This document shows, piece after piece, positions 9,271 through 18,975 of a DNA stretch of 53,493 nt. Every line of letters starts with the position of its first letter. The first letter of the stretch is position 1. The position numbers and the translations under genes were made by a program. The stretch lies in the NCBI GenBank assembly GCA_001595915.1, contig LSSG01000075.1, positions 1 through 53,493 of the forward strand. Direction: 5' to 3'. The notes under the pieces are model-generated. The model did not search any database. It saw only the letters and a list, made by a program, of their open reading frames with translations, and was not told where the DNA came from. Source of the stretch: Thermoplasmatales archaeon SG8-52-3 (lineage in GTDB: Archaea; Thermoplasmatota; E2; DHVEG-1).

Positions 9271-9936
9271 ATGAGAAATTTATTTAAAACTCTTAAGAGA
9301 AAGGATGTTGGATCTATTGGTATCGGTGCAATGATTGTGTTTATTGCTATGGTTCTTGTTGCTGGTATTGCTGCATCAGTTTTGATTCAAACAAGTACCA
9401 CTCTTGAATCTCAAGCAATGGCCACAGGTCGAGAAACAACTGACGAAGTTGCTGGAGGTATTGCAGTCTTTGATATTGAAGGACATGTCTCAACAGATAT
9501 CGATGCACTAGCAATAACTGTTCGTGCAAGAGCAGGTTCTCCTGATATTGATCTCAATGAGACAATTATTCTACTTACTGATGGAACTTCAAAGACCTTG
9601 TTGATGTATGATTTTGCAACTGCAACCCATTTCAATAGCACTGTTGATACAGGCGATGGAGACGTATTTGGATTTGATTATGGGACTTTGACAAATGAAC
9701 AATTCGGAATAATGGTTCTTGAAGATGCAGATTTATCAGTAAAAAGATATACTCCTGTAATTAACACCGGAGATAAAGTAATGTTATTTGTTAATGGTAT
9801 AGCTTGCTTTGGAGGAACTGGACTTACTGAAAGAAAAGACATTCAAGGATGGATCTATCCTGAACATGGATCTCCTGGAGTAATTGCATTTAGAACACCA
9901 GCATCGTATAGTGATATCGTATACGATCTACAATAA
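9271..9936 (+). CDS. flaB: Archaellin 2
   Basis: [29 protein letters not shown]; RAGSPDIDL; INTGD; PEHGSPG; AGGAGG RBS. Confidence 0.95.
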   Translation: MRNLFKTLKRKDVGSIGIGAMIVFIAMVLVAGIAASVLIQTSTTLESQAMATGRETTDEVAGGIAVFDIEGHVSTDIDALAITVRARAGSPDIDLNETIILLTDGTSKTLLMYDFATATHFNSTVDTGDGDVFGFDYGTLTNEQFGIMVLEDADLSVKRYTPVINTGDKVMLFVNGIACFGGTGLTERKDIQGWIYPEHGSPGVIAFRTPASYSDIVYDLQ

Positions 9937-10079
9937 GGAGGATGATAAAAAATGAGAAATTTATTTAAAACTCTTAAGAGAAAGGATGTTGGATCTATTG
10001 GTATCGGTGCAATGATTGTGTTTATTGCTATGGTTCTTGTTGCCGGTATTGCTGCATCAGTTTTGATTCAAACAAGTAC
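9271..10079 (+). repeat. 128-nt near-identical 5' segments of archaellins 2 and 3 (9271-9398 and 9952-10079)
   Basis: Direct comparison shows a single synonymous mismatch (T9363 vs C10044). Confidence 0.9.
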
Positions 10080-10623
10080 GAGATTAGAGTCACAAGCAAT
10101 GTCAACAGGTCGTGAAACAACTGATGAGGTTTCTAGTGGTATTGCAATTTATGACATAGAAGGATATGCAGATACATCAGTTGATGGAGATCTATCAAAA
10201 TTAGCAATAATGGTAAGACCTAGAGCAGGAACACAAGGTATCGATCTTGAACAGACATATATAGAGTTAGCCGATGAAAATAAAAAGGTTATATTAAACT
10301 ATTCAACCACTTATTACGCTGAACCAGACGGACAAGCAGATATCTTTAGTGCTGCAGTATTTCCTGATACACCTGGTGGAACTCCTGCATCTCAGTATGG
10401 AATACTTGTAATTGAAGATGCAGATAACTCACTAGAACAAGCTACACCCGTAATAAATAGAGGAGACAAGGTATTTCTGTGTATTAATATAACTGGTACA
10501 CATGGTGATATAACTGAGAGAACAAAGGTTTGGGGTTATGTTGTCCCTGAATTGGGATCACCCGGAGTAATAACATTTAGGACTCCTGCCTCATACTCAG
10601 ATGACGTGTTTGATCTACAATAA
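9952..10623 (+). CDS. flaB: Archaellin 3
   Basis: Same N-terminus as archaellin 2; [10 protein letters not shown]; INRGD; PELGSPG. Confidence 0.95.
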   Translation: MRNLFKTLKRKDVGSIGIGAMIVFIAMVLVAGIAASVLIQTSTRLESQAMSTGRETTDEVSSGIAIYDIEGYADTSVDGDLSKLAIMVRPRAGTQGIDLEQTYIELADENKKVILNYSTTYYAEPDGQADIFSAAVFPDTPGGTPASQYGILVIEDADNSLEQATPVINRGDKVFLCINITGTHGDITERTKVWGYVVPELGSPGVITFRTPASYSDDVFDLQ

Positions 10624-10643
10624 AATAAATAATAAATATAGTT

Positions 10644-10671
10644 CGTGTGGTCATTTACCACACGTTTTTTT
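10644..10671 (+). terminator. Hairpin plus T-tract after archaellin 3
   Basis: CGTGTGGT-cattt-ACCACACG perfect 8-bp stem, followed by T7 and further T tracts. Confidence 0.7.
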
Positions 10672-10735
10672 AATTTTTTTTTTTAATATCATTTTTAAAA
10701 CCATAAATTTTTATTCTAATATTTGATACTTTTTT

Positions 10736-11449
10736 TTGGATGGGCTCTCTTTTTGGGTGCCTGGGACCCTAATTTACTGGGAGGTGAGCAGAGTTAAAAT
10801 TGCTTTAACTCTAAAGGTTATTCGTTTCGAAAAAAATGCTGCAATAGGAATAGGTTCATTGATAATTTTTATTGCAATGATTCTTGTCGCAGGTATCGCA
10901 GCATCTGTTTTTATTCAAACTATGAATAGCTTGGAACAGCAAGCATTACAATCAGGTCAAGAAGCAATAAAAGACGTATCAAATGGCTTGAGAGTAACGC
11001 AAGTTAGTGGATATAATAATGGTTCAACAATATCTCAAATTGCAATATTTTTAAGGACAACAGCTGGTTCTGATTATATTGATTTAACATATACATATAT
11101 TTCTTTATCAGACACTTCAAAAAATGTAATACTTGATTTAAATACAAGTATTTATAATAGCTCTGTATCTGGCGGTTTATTTGGTACATTGGATGATACT
11201 GCTCTTACTTCAACTACATATGGACTTATGGTAATTCGTGATGTTGATAATTCATGTTTATCTACAAGCCCTATTATTAATAGTGATGATTTAGTAGTTT
11301 TATTAGTAAATACTTCAACATGTTTTTCAGGATTAGATACTAGAACCGAAGTAACAGGAAATATTGTTCCGGAATATGGTATAAGTGGTGTAATTAGTTT
11401 TACAACTCCAAGTAGTTATATAAATACGATAATTGAATTACAAAAATAA
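10736..11449 (+). CDS. flaB: Archaellin 4 (true start probably near 10784-10799)
   Basis: [29 protein letters not shown]; TAGSDYIDL; INSDD; PEYGISG; GGAGGTGA at 10780-10787 inside the called ORF. Confidence 0.9.
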   Translation: MDGLSFWVPGTLIYWEVSRVKIALTLKVIRFEKNAAIGIGSLIIFIAMILVAGIAASVFIQTMNSLEQQALQSGQEAIKDVSNGLRVTQVSGYNNGSTISQIAIFLRTTAGSDYIDLTYTYISLSDTSKNVILDLNTSIYNSSVSGGLFGTLDDTALTSTTYGLMVIRDVDNSCLSTSPIINSDDLVVLLVNTSTCFSGLDTRTEVTGNIVPEYGISGVISFTTPSSYINTIIELQK

Positions 11450-11475
11450 AATATTTTTTTTTTTATTTTTTTTTA

Positions 11476-12570
11476 TTATCCAAAAAATAGCCTTGCTATT
11501 TCATAAAGCTCCATATCAACAGTTTTTGATTTTGAGGTTGCCTCCTCAAGTGGTACTGGTACAATTTTATCACCCTGTAAAGCTACCATAATACCAAAAT
11601 TTTGATTTTTAATTGACTCAACAGCAGCAACTCCAAATCTTGTTGCAAGAACCCTATCATGAGCTGTTGGTGTTCCACCTCTTTGGACATGACCTAGAAT
11701 TGTGACCCTTGTTTCAACACCCATACGTTTCTCAATTTCTTGGGCTAATGCATGTCCTATTCCACCAAGTCTTACATGGCCAAATTCATCTTTTTCTTTT
11801 GTTTGAATAACAAGCCCTGTTTCCCCAACATTTTGATTTGTAGAATCTGAATTATTTGAATTAGAAGAATTTTCAATTTTTGGATGAGCACCTTCTGCTA
11901 TAGCAATTATGCTAAATTTTTTACCTCTATCATATCTATCTTTTAGATGCTTACAAACTTCATTTATATCAAATGGAACTTCTGGTATCAGTATTTCATC
12001 AGCTCCTCCAGCAATACCTGCCATAGTGGCAATCCATCCAGCATGTCTTCCCATTACCTCAACAACAATTACTCTATGATGAGATTCAGCTGTTGTATGA
12101 AGACGATCTATAGCTTCTGTTACAATTGATACAGCTGTGTCAAAACCAAATGTATAATCTGTACCAGATAAATCATTATCTATTGTTTTAGGAATTCCTA
12201 CAATTGAAATACCCATATGATGTAATTTATTTGCCACACTTAATGTATCATCTCCCCCTATTGCAACGATAGCATCAATACCAAATTTTTTTATATTTTC
12301 ATTTAACTTTTGAACATCTTCCTGTTTATTAAATGGATTCGTTCGAGATGTTCCAATAATTGTTCCACCTTTTGGAAGGATACCTGAAACAGAATAATCA
12401 GTAAGAAGTTCTATTTCTCCGTTAATAAGCCCCTTCCATCCATTTTTTATTCCAATTATATCCCAATTATACTGTATTGATTTTCTCACTACAGCTCTAA
12501 TTACAGCATTTAATCCAGGGCAATCTCCACCACCTGTTAAAACACCTATTTTTTTCATAAAATCAAACAT
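11476..12570 (-). CDS. pfkA: 6-phosphofructokinase, PfkA family, PPi-type signature (start probably 12558)
   Basis: TGGGDCPGLN, GGDDT, PKTIDND, EVMGRHAGW, LGHVQRGG. Confidence 0.92.
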   Translation of the reverse strand: MFDFMKKIGVLTGGGDCPGLNAVIRAVVRKSIQYNWDIIGIKNGWKGLINGEIELLTDYSVSGILPKGGTIIGTSRTNPFNKQEDVQKLNENIKKFGIDAIVAIGGDDTLSVANKLHHMGISIVGIPKTIDNDLSGTDYTFGFDTAVSIVTEAIDRLHTTAESHHRVIVVEVMGRHAGWIATMAGIAGGADEILIPEVPFDINEVCKHLKDRYDRGKKFSIIAIAEGAHPKIENSSNSNNSDSTNQNVGETGLVIQTKEKDEFGHVRLGGIGHALAQEIEKRMGVETRVTILGHVQRGGTPTAHDRVLATRFGVAAVESIKNQNFGIMVALQGDKIVPVPLEEATSKSKTVDMELYEIARLFFG

Positions 12571-12626
12571 CCCATTGTAATTTTATCCTCTGAAATCCTT
12601 TATACTTTATAATTATTTAATGTTTT

Positions 12627-14414
12627 TCAAGTTGAAAGCATTCCTCCAAATCCTACATCAACAATAAAACTTGTTATTGCTACAATCCAAACAAATGGAA
12701 CAAAATAAAGCAAAGTAACATAAATGTGACTACCTCTCAAGACTCGCAATGTTAAACCCATCATAAAGCAATGAATAACTAGAACAATGAAAATAATTAT
12801 GAAATTTTGATTATAAAGCGCTGGATCAATGAAATTTAATAATGCAGGAATATTAATTCTCTCGACATTTTCAAAGGGATTGCCGGTTTCCATCATTATA
12901 GTATTCAAATGTCTGCCAATAATAAGTGATACATAAATTGCAAAGGCAATACCAAATGTAATACCTGCAAATAATGCAATTGATGTATTTACAATGGTGA
13001 GTTTTTTTACTCGAAGATCTCTAATTTTTCTCATATTTTCCGATATCATTCGAGAAACAATACGCGGATTAGCAGCAGCATATGTAGCCTCGCGAAACAT
13101 TTCACTTGACCTTTGAACATAATTACTACCTGTATCAACACCAAACCAATCCCATGCAGCATTATCATCAATTCTTGTTCTTAATCTTCTGTATAAATTT
13201 CTAATATGTCTAGTTAAAACTCCATAATCTTTTTCGCTTAGATAGTAAACAGATTCATTTATTTTTCCTCCTCTCATTGCTGAAATTGAACCAAGAGCAG
13301 GTAAAAAACTGAGGAAGTTTTTTTCCTTTCTAGAGATTTCTGTTTCTGCTGTAAAAACCTTAATTCCAGTAATTAACAAAGGAGTTATAGATAATGCAAT
13401 AATTATTTCAAATGAAAGAATATCAAAAAAAGGAAGTGAAAGAAAATATTTTCCAAAAAATAATACCGCTCCTATTAATATTACTAAAACTACTGAGGTT
13501 CTAAATATACTAGTTATTTTTTCTTCTAGTTCTCCTTTTTCACCTGTTACATGCCATATTTCATCCTGTGGAATCATTGCCTTTAAAAGATACATCAATA
13601 AACCTTCAGAAACAATAAGTAAGAAAGATGATAGATAAATGAACATGTTCATGTCTTCAGTACCAATTATTATAGGTAGAACAATACCTAAGGACATAAC
13701 AAAAATTATGGCAATTAACATTGCAACATAAACTTCATTTAAAATAATGACATTTTCATTGCTAGACTCATACATTGTTTTATACTCTTGAATTACTGCT
13801 TCCTGTTCGGTTTCGATAAATTCTCTATGTTCAACACCACTGTCAAGGCTCTGGGAAAATCTGTCTAAGAAATCCTTAAGTATTTTACTTGGTGTTCTTT
13901 CTGATATAAAGCGAAATGTTTTAGATAACGGCATTCGCCATTGAGTTGATAATACACCAATTTTTTTTAGTTCAAAACCCAATGCACCATATGCCTTTTT
14001 CCCGCCTAGAATATTTATTATATCTCTTAGTGATAAATCAGAAATTGCCAAAACCCTCAAATGTGTTATAAAAAAATGCATCTTTGCATTAATATCATTT
14101 TCTTTATTCTTCCATGTAATATAAGGGTAAAAAACACCAAGAATTATTGGAACTATTCCACCTACAATAAAAGATATGGGATTAAGATTCAAAGGAAATG
14201 GAACAATTATCATTAAAATAAAAGGCATTATGAAAACAATTATTCCCATTACTATTAATGGGAGAAGAATTGTAGTATAGAACTTCTTTGGATTTTCAAG
14301 ACCACGATAAGCAATTTTTAATTCTTTTATAAAGTCCTTTTTATTTTCAATGTCTGAATCTTTTTTTTCCTTTTTCCTTTTTTTTGTTTTCTTTTTATCT
14401 GTCATTTTTTTCAC
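12627..14414 (-). CDS. flaJ: Archaellum membrane platform protein ArlJ
   Basis: Multi-TM; TPSKILKDFLDRFSQSLDSG T2SSF-like motif; overlaps arlI stop. Confidence 0.9.
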   Translation of the reverse strand: MKKMTDKKKTKKRKKEKKDSDIENKKDFIKELKIAYRGLENPKKFYTTILLPLIVMGIIVFIMPFILMIIVPFPLNLNPISFIVGGIVPIILGVFYPYITWKNKENDINAKMHFFITHLRVLAISDLSLRDIINILGGKKAYGALGFELKKIGVLSTQWRMPLSKTFRFISERTPSKILKDFLDRFSQSLDSGVEHREFIETEQEAVIQEYKTMYESSNENVIILNEVYVAMLIAIIFVMSLGIVLPIIIGTEDMNMFIYLSSFLLIVSEGLLMYLLKAMIPQDEIWHVTGEKGELEEKITSIFRTSVVLVILIGAVLFFGKYFLSLPFFDILSFEIIIALSITPLLITGIKVFTAETEISRKEKNFLSFLPALGSISAMRGGKINESVYYLSEKDYGVLTRHIRNLYRRLRTRIDDNAAWDWFGVDTGSNYVQRSSEMFREATYAAANPRIVSRMISENMRKIRDLRVKKLTIVNTSIALFAGITFGIAFAIYVSLIIGRHLNTIMMETGNPFENVERINIPALLNFIDPALYNQNFIIIFIVLVIHCFMMGLTLRVLRGSHIYVTLLYFVPFVWIVAITSFIVDVGFGGMLST

Positions 14415-16069
14415 TTAAGATTTATTGGAAGTCCTTTATCGCCCTCTCTATAATAACTCCATATAAATTGAGTTACCTCATAATAATCCATAATATCTTC
14501 TTCTACCATTTTATCAAGAATCATTTTTCTTTTGTTATACTCAACATAGATTTCAGTCGGATCTGCATATCCTGCATTTTTTGCAATTTTCTCTTCAAGA
14601 ACAAAGCTATTTCTATTGGCTCTAAAACGGTGAATATCTTCAACAGGATCCCATTCGAATGCATTTCTTGACATTATCCCATCGACTTCTCTATTGTAAC
14701 CCTCAATTTCATCAATTGAGGTACATCTCCTTATTAATTTACCATTACGATCAATTGCTAGTTGAATTATTACAAAATCCAGGTTATCCATGAACGTTTT
14801 TGGTACATTTATAGGATCACCTGTAAATCTCTGAATAACCTTTGTTACTGTTCCGGCATGAAATGTAGTCATACAGGGATGACCCGTTTGCATAGCCTGA
14901 AATACAATGCTACCTTCTGCACCCCTTACCTCTCCTGGAATGATATAATCTGGTCTTGATCTTAATGCTGCCTTTAAAAGATCAAATAAATCAACTCTTC
15001 CCTCCTCAGGTCCTGTTGTCTTAGTAAGAAGTTGTTGCCATACTGTATGAGGAACCTGCATTTCAGGGGTTGATTCAGCGGTATATATCTTTTTTTCTGG
15101 TGGAATAAAAGGTATTATTGCATTCATTGTCGTTGTTTTTCCACATGCAGTTCCACCACAGATAAAAAAACTTCGTCCATACTGCAGACAAAGCCAAAGA
15201 TATGCCCCAATATTAGAACTAAGAGTTTTCCATTTTATAAGCTGAGTGATACTTATAGGAGATTCTGTAAACCTTCTTATTGTCATACTTGGTCCCTTAA
15301 TACTAATTGCATTGCTATAGATGATGTTACCTCTACTTCCATCTGGTAAAACACCATCAACAATAGGTTGTCCTTCACTTACGGGAGTGCCCATTTTTTC
15401 ACTTAATTTTCTTGCAAAAACAGGACCATCATCTTTACTGATTTCAACATTTGTTTTAATCATTCCAAATACTTTATGTATAAGATGGATTTTATGTCCA
15501 GTAATCATATGAATATCTTCTAAATAAGGATCTCTCATAAAACATTCAAGAGGTCCCCCACCAACAATATTTTTTATTAAAAAATATTCAATATTACTTT
15601 TCTGTAAAGAAGTTGCTTTTATCTTATCACGTTTAGTAGATTTGTTAAATTTGCTTTTTTTTGAAGTAACTGCTTTTATTGCTTTATCATCAACTTGTAT
15701 AATTTCATCTATCATTTCTTTAAGTACATCTTTTAGTTCTTCATCTGAGATAACACTCTTTTTTTTAGGAGCAAATTTAATAATTAATTTTTGAAGTTCA
15801 TCATGTTTTATTTGTTCATTATTATCAAGGGTAGGTTCAATCGTATGATATTCAAGTTCATCCATATCTCTTGTTTTAAAAACATGATAAAAAATTGAAC
15901 CCTTTCCAGGATAAATCAAATTAGGATATTTTTCTTCTCTAACTTCATATGGTAAAGTTGAGTAAAATACAGGTTCTTTCATTTTTCTCTTAATATTATC
16001 TATATATTTTTTTAAATGTGGATTTGTTTGAAGCATTTGTTCTTTTGCTTTATCATTCATATCTGTCAT
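14411..16069 (-). CDS. flaI: Archaellum motor ATPase ArlI, copy 2
   Basis: RDPYLEDI, LPDGSR, Walker A GGTACGKTT, ALRSRPDYIIPGEVRG, His box QTGHPCMTTFHA. Confidence 0.9.
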   Translation of the reverse strand: MTDMNDKAKEQMLQTNPHLKKYIDNIKRKMKEPVFYSTLPYEVREEKYPNLIYPGKGSIFYHVFKTRDMDELEYHTIEPTLDNNEQIKHDELQKLIIKFAPKKKSVISDEELKDVLKEMIDEIIQVDDKAIKAVTSKKSKFNKSTKRDKIKATSLQKSNIEYFLIKNIVGGGPLECFMRDPYLEDIHMITGHKIHLIHKVFGMIKTNVEISKDDGPVFARKLSEKMGTPVSEGQPIVDGVLPDGSRGNIIYSNAISIKGPSMTIRRFTESPISITQLIKWKTLSSNIGAYLWLCLQYGRSFFICGGTACGKTTTMNAIIPFIPPEKKIYTAESTPEMQVPHTVWQQLLTKTTGPEEGRVDLFDLLKAALRSRPDYIIPGEVRGAEGSIVFQAMQTGHPCMTTFHAGTVTKVIQRFTGDPINVPKTFMDNLDFVIIQLAIDRNGKLIRRCTSIDEIEGYNREVDGIMSRNAFEWDPVEDIHRFRANRNSFVLEEKIAKNAGYADPTEIYVEYNKRKMILDKMVEEDIMDYYEVTQFIWSYYREGDKGLPINLK

Positions 16070-16136
16070 TTTATCTTTTTTTTTTATTACATATATTATT
16101 GTGAGTGCACCCTTAAATTAAATTTATTTATGTATT

Positions 16137-17777
16137 TTAAATTGTTATTGGTAATGATTGGACCCCTTCTCTATAGAATGTCCAAATGAATTGAACGACT
16201 TCATAATAATCAAATATTTTTTCTTCTACCATCCTCTCCAATATATGCTTCCTAAGATCATACTCATCATATATTTGCATAGGATCTTCATATCCTGCCA
16301 TAGGAGCAATACGTTGTTCTAAAATGTAGCTGTTTCTATTTGCTTTGAACATATGAGCATCATCCACAGCATTCCATTCAAATGCCTTTCTTGACATAAT
16401 GCCATCTACTTCTTTGTTATATCCTTCTATTTCATCAACTGATAGAACTCGTCTTATTCTTTTTCCTTTACGTTCAACAGCCATCTGTATCAAAACAACG
16501 TCTAAATTGTCCATGAATGTTTTTGGAATATTTATTGGATGGCCAGTAAATCGCTGAATTACTTTTGTTACAGAACCTGCATGAAATGTTGTCACAACTG
16601 GATGACCTGTCTGCATAGCTTGAAATACAACTCGACCTTCAGCCCCTCTAGTTTCTCCTGGAATAATATAGTCAGGTCGGGACCTTAGACCTGCTCTTAA
16701 AAGATCTCCTTCATCAATATGTCCTTCTTTTGGACCTGTTGATCTGGTAAGTAATTGTTGCCATACAGCATGAGGAACTTTTACTTCAGGTGTATTTTCA
16801 ACAGAATAAATTTTTTTATCAGGTGGAATAAAAGGAAACATTGCATTAGACGTTGTGGTTTTTCCAGATGCGGTTTCACCACAAACAAATATACTGCGTC
16901 CATATTGTAGACAAAGCCAAAGATAAGCTCCAACTCCTGAATCAAATGTACCCCAATTTATTAATTGTGTAATGCTAATTGGCGTTTCACTAAATTTTCT
17001 AACTGTCATACTTGGTCCTTTAAGACTGACATCTTTACTATGAATTATATTAACCCTACTTCCATCAGGGAGAGTACCATCTGCAATTGGTTGTCCTTCA
17101 CTAACTGGACTTCCGATTTTTTCTGCAAATTCTTGTGAAAATCTATTTGCCCAAGATTCATCAATGAAAATGTTTGTCTTAACCATATCAAAGACTTTAT
17201 GGATGAGATGAACATTTTGACCTGTGATAATATGAATATCTTCGATATATGGATCTCTCATAAAAGGTTCAAGAGGTCCACCGCCAACAATATCTTTTAT
17301 TATATGATATTCTATTGTCATCTTCTCAAATGTTGTAACTTTAATTTTTCCACCTTTAGATTTACTTAATTTTCCACCAGACTTTTCATCTATTGTAGTA
17401 ATTTTCTGAAGATATTCTCTTATAGCTTTTCTCAAATCATCTTGAGATTTAATATCTGTTTTAAGATGAGCTTTCTCATATATCAATTCAATAACTTGTT
17501 CAAGTTTTTCATTTGTTTTATCATCTAAAATTGGTGTTATTGCAAAATATTCTTTATCTTCCATATCCTTTGTTTTAAAAATATGAATAAAAACTACACC
17601 TTTTGTAGCATATATTATGTTAGGATATTCTTCCTCCTTAACATCCCTTGGAACTTTGCTATAAAAGGTAGGTTTTCCCATCTTTTTTTCAATTTCTGAA
17701 ACATACTTCTTAAGATGGGGATAATCCCTTAGCAATTTATCCACTTCAGGTTTTTCTATTTCTGTCATTTCTCCCAC
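16137..17777 (-). CDS. flaI: Archaellum motor ATPase ArlI, copy 1
   Basis: N-terminal PHL..Y, YPNIIY; Walker A GETASGKTT; LRSRPDYIIPGETRG; QTGHPVVTTFHA. Confidence 0.92.
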   Translation of the reverse strand: MGEMTEIEKPEVDKLLRDYPHLKKYVSEIEKKMGKPTFYSKVPRDVKEEEYPNIIYATKGVVFIHIFKTKDMEDKEYFAITPILDDKTNEKLEQVIELIYEKAHLKTDIKSQDDLRKAIREYLQKITTIDEKSGGKLSKSKGGKIKVTTFEKMTIEYHIIKDIVGGGPLEPFMRDPYIEDIHIITGQNVHLIHKVFDMVKTNIFIDESWANRFSQEFAEKIGSPVSEGQPIADGTLPDGSRVNIIHSKDVSLKGPSMTVRKFSETPISITQLINWGTFDSGVGAYLWLCLQYGRSIFVCGETASGKTTTSNAMFPFIPPDKKIYSVENTPEVKVPHAVWQQLLTRSTGPKEGHIDEGDLLRAGLRSRPDYIIPGETRGAEGRVVFQAMQTGHPVVTTFHAGSVTKVIQRFTGHPINIPKTFMDNLDVVLIQMAVERKGKRIRRVLSVDEIEGYNKEVDGIMSRKAFEWNAVDDAHMFKANRNSYILEQRIAPMAGYEDPMQIYDEYDLRKHILERMVEEKIFDYYEVVQFIWTFYREGVQSLPITI

Positions 17778-17780
17778 TTT

Positions 17781-18491
17781 TTAGAAAGCAACTCCACTTG
17801 TTTCAATAGTTAATCCAACACCAGGTCTGACAGAAAATGTGGTCAATGGTTCATATTTATGTCTAGCTCCATTAAACTTTTCAAGATAAATATTATGGAC
17901 AATTCCAACTCCTGGCATTGATTCGCGAGTAATTTTATAATGAATATCACAAATCATCTGAAATGCGCTATGAATTCTACTTGACCATTCATTAGGGTTT
18001 CCAGTAACCCATATCATTTTACCAGAGCCTTTTAATCTATTAAAAAAATTAGTTAAATCTACTAAATTATCTTCATTTAAACTTTCATTCAGAAGTGTTG
18101 ATAGAGAGTCAATGAAGATTATATCAGGATCAAAAAGTTTTTTACAGGTAGTTAATCCTTCCATAAATGTACTTTTTGGTTTTGTTTCAGCTAACATTAC
18201 TTCAGTTGATATAAAAAATAATTTCCCTCTGATTAGATAATTTCTCATATCATAACCAACTGAAGCAACTTGTCTTAAAAAACTCTTAATTGTATATTGT
18301 GTTGAAACATATGAACAAGTTGAACCATTCTTGAGTAAGCTATAACAAAATCTCTGACAAAAAATACTTTTTCCAGTACCCTCCTTTCCCTCTATAAAAA
18401 TTAATGTTCCATCAGGAATTTCTTTACCAAATCTTTGTGCAAAGCCATCCTTTTCTCCTTTTCTTTCTAAAATTATTGATTTACTTGTCAT
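17781..18491 (-). CDS. flaH: Archaellum KaiC-like ATP-binding protein ArlH
   Basis: Walker A GKEGTGKS, QRFCYSLL, IIFIDSLS, C-terminal FSVRPGVGLTIE. Confidence 0.92.
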   Translation of the reverse strand: MTSKSIILERKGEKDGFAQRFGKEIPDGTLIFIEGKEGTGKSIFCQRFCYSLLKNGSTCSYVSTQYTIKSFLRQVASVGYDMRNYLIRGKLFFISTEVMLAETKPKSTFMEGLTTCKKLFDPDIIFIDSLSTLLNESLNEDNLVDLTNFFNRLKGSGKMIWVTGNPNEWSSRIHSAFQMICDIHYKITRESMPGVGIVHNIYLEKFNGARHKYEPLTTFSVRPGVGLTIETSGVAF

Positions 18492-18512
18492 TTTTACTTA
18501 TCCCATCAATTA

Positions 18513-18956
18513 CTAAATTGTAAATATAAATTCATCAACTATATCTTGAGGTCCCACCAATCTTAAAGAATGATCACCTGATGATATTTCACTATTATCT
18601 ATAAACATCGTGGCAACTTCATCCGGTTGTATGGAACTAGCTGAAAAATTAAAATTTGCTGTAATAACAATTTCTCCATCTATAAATAAATTAAATGTTT
18701 CATTTGTTGTTGCAAGTTTTCTACTACCAATATTTTTGACATAGAATATATAGAAACTTCCGGATATTGGAATATTATCTGGATCATTTATTATTATAAA
18801 GTTGGATTCCAGATTTTCCTCAATTATTTTTCCTCTTTCTGAAAAACTTGTCATTACACCATCAATTACTGTTATAAAAACTCCTGAAACTGCACTAGCA
18901 ATAATTACAGAGGCTATGAAAAATACTACATGTGTTCCAGTTAAACTAAATCCCAT
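18513..18956 (-). CDS. flaG: Archaellum stator protein ArlG
   Basis: N-terminal TM THVVFFIASVIIASAVSG; IINDP; YVKNIGS; LFIDG; position before arlH. Confidence 0.88.
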   Translation of the reverse strand: MGFSLTGTHVVFFIASVIIASAVSGVFITVIDGVMTSFSERGKIIEENLESNFIIINDPDNIPISGSFYIFYVKNIGSRKLATTNETFNLFIDGEIVITANFNFSASSIQPDEVATMFIDNSEISSGDHSLRLVGPQDIVDEFIFTI

Positions 18957-18975
18957 TTTTTATCACTTTTTTTTT

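Noticed and set aside
14411-17777. arlI duplication as an assembly artefact
   Set aside because: The copies differ throughout at protein and DNA level and have distinct N-termini
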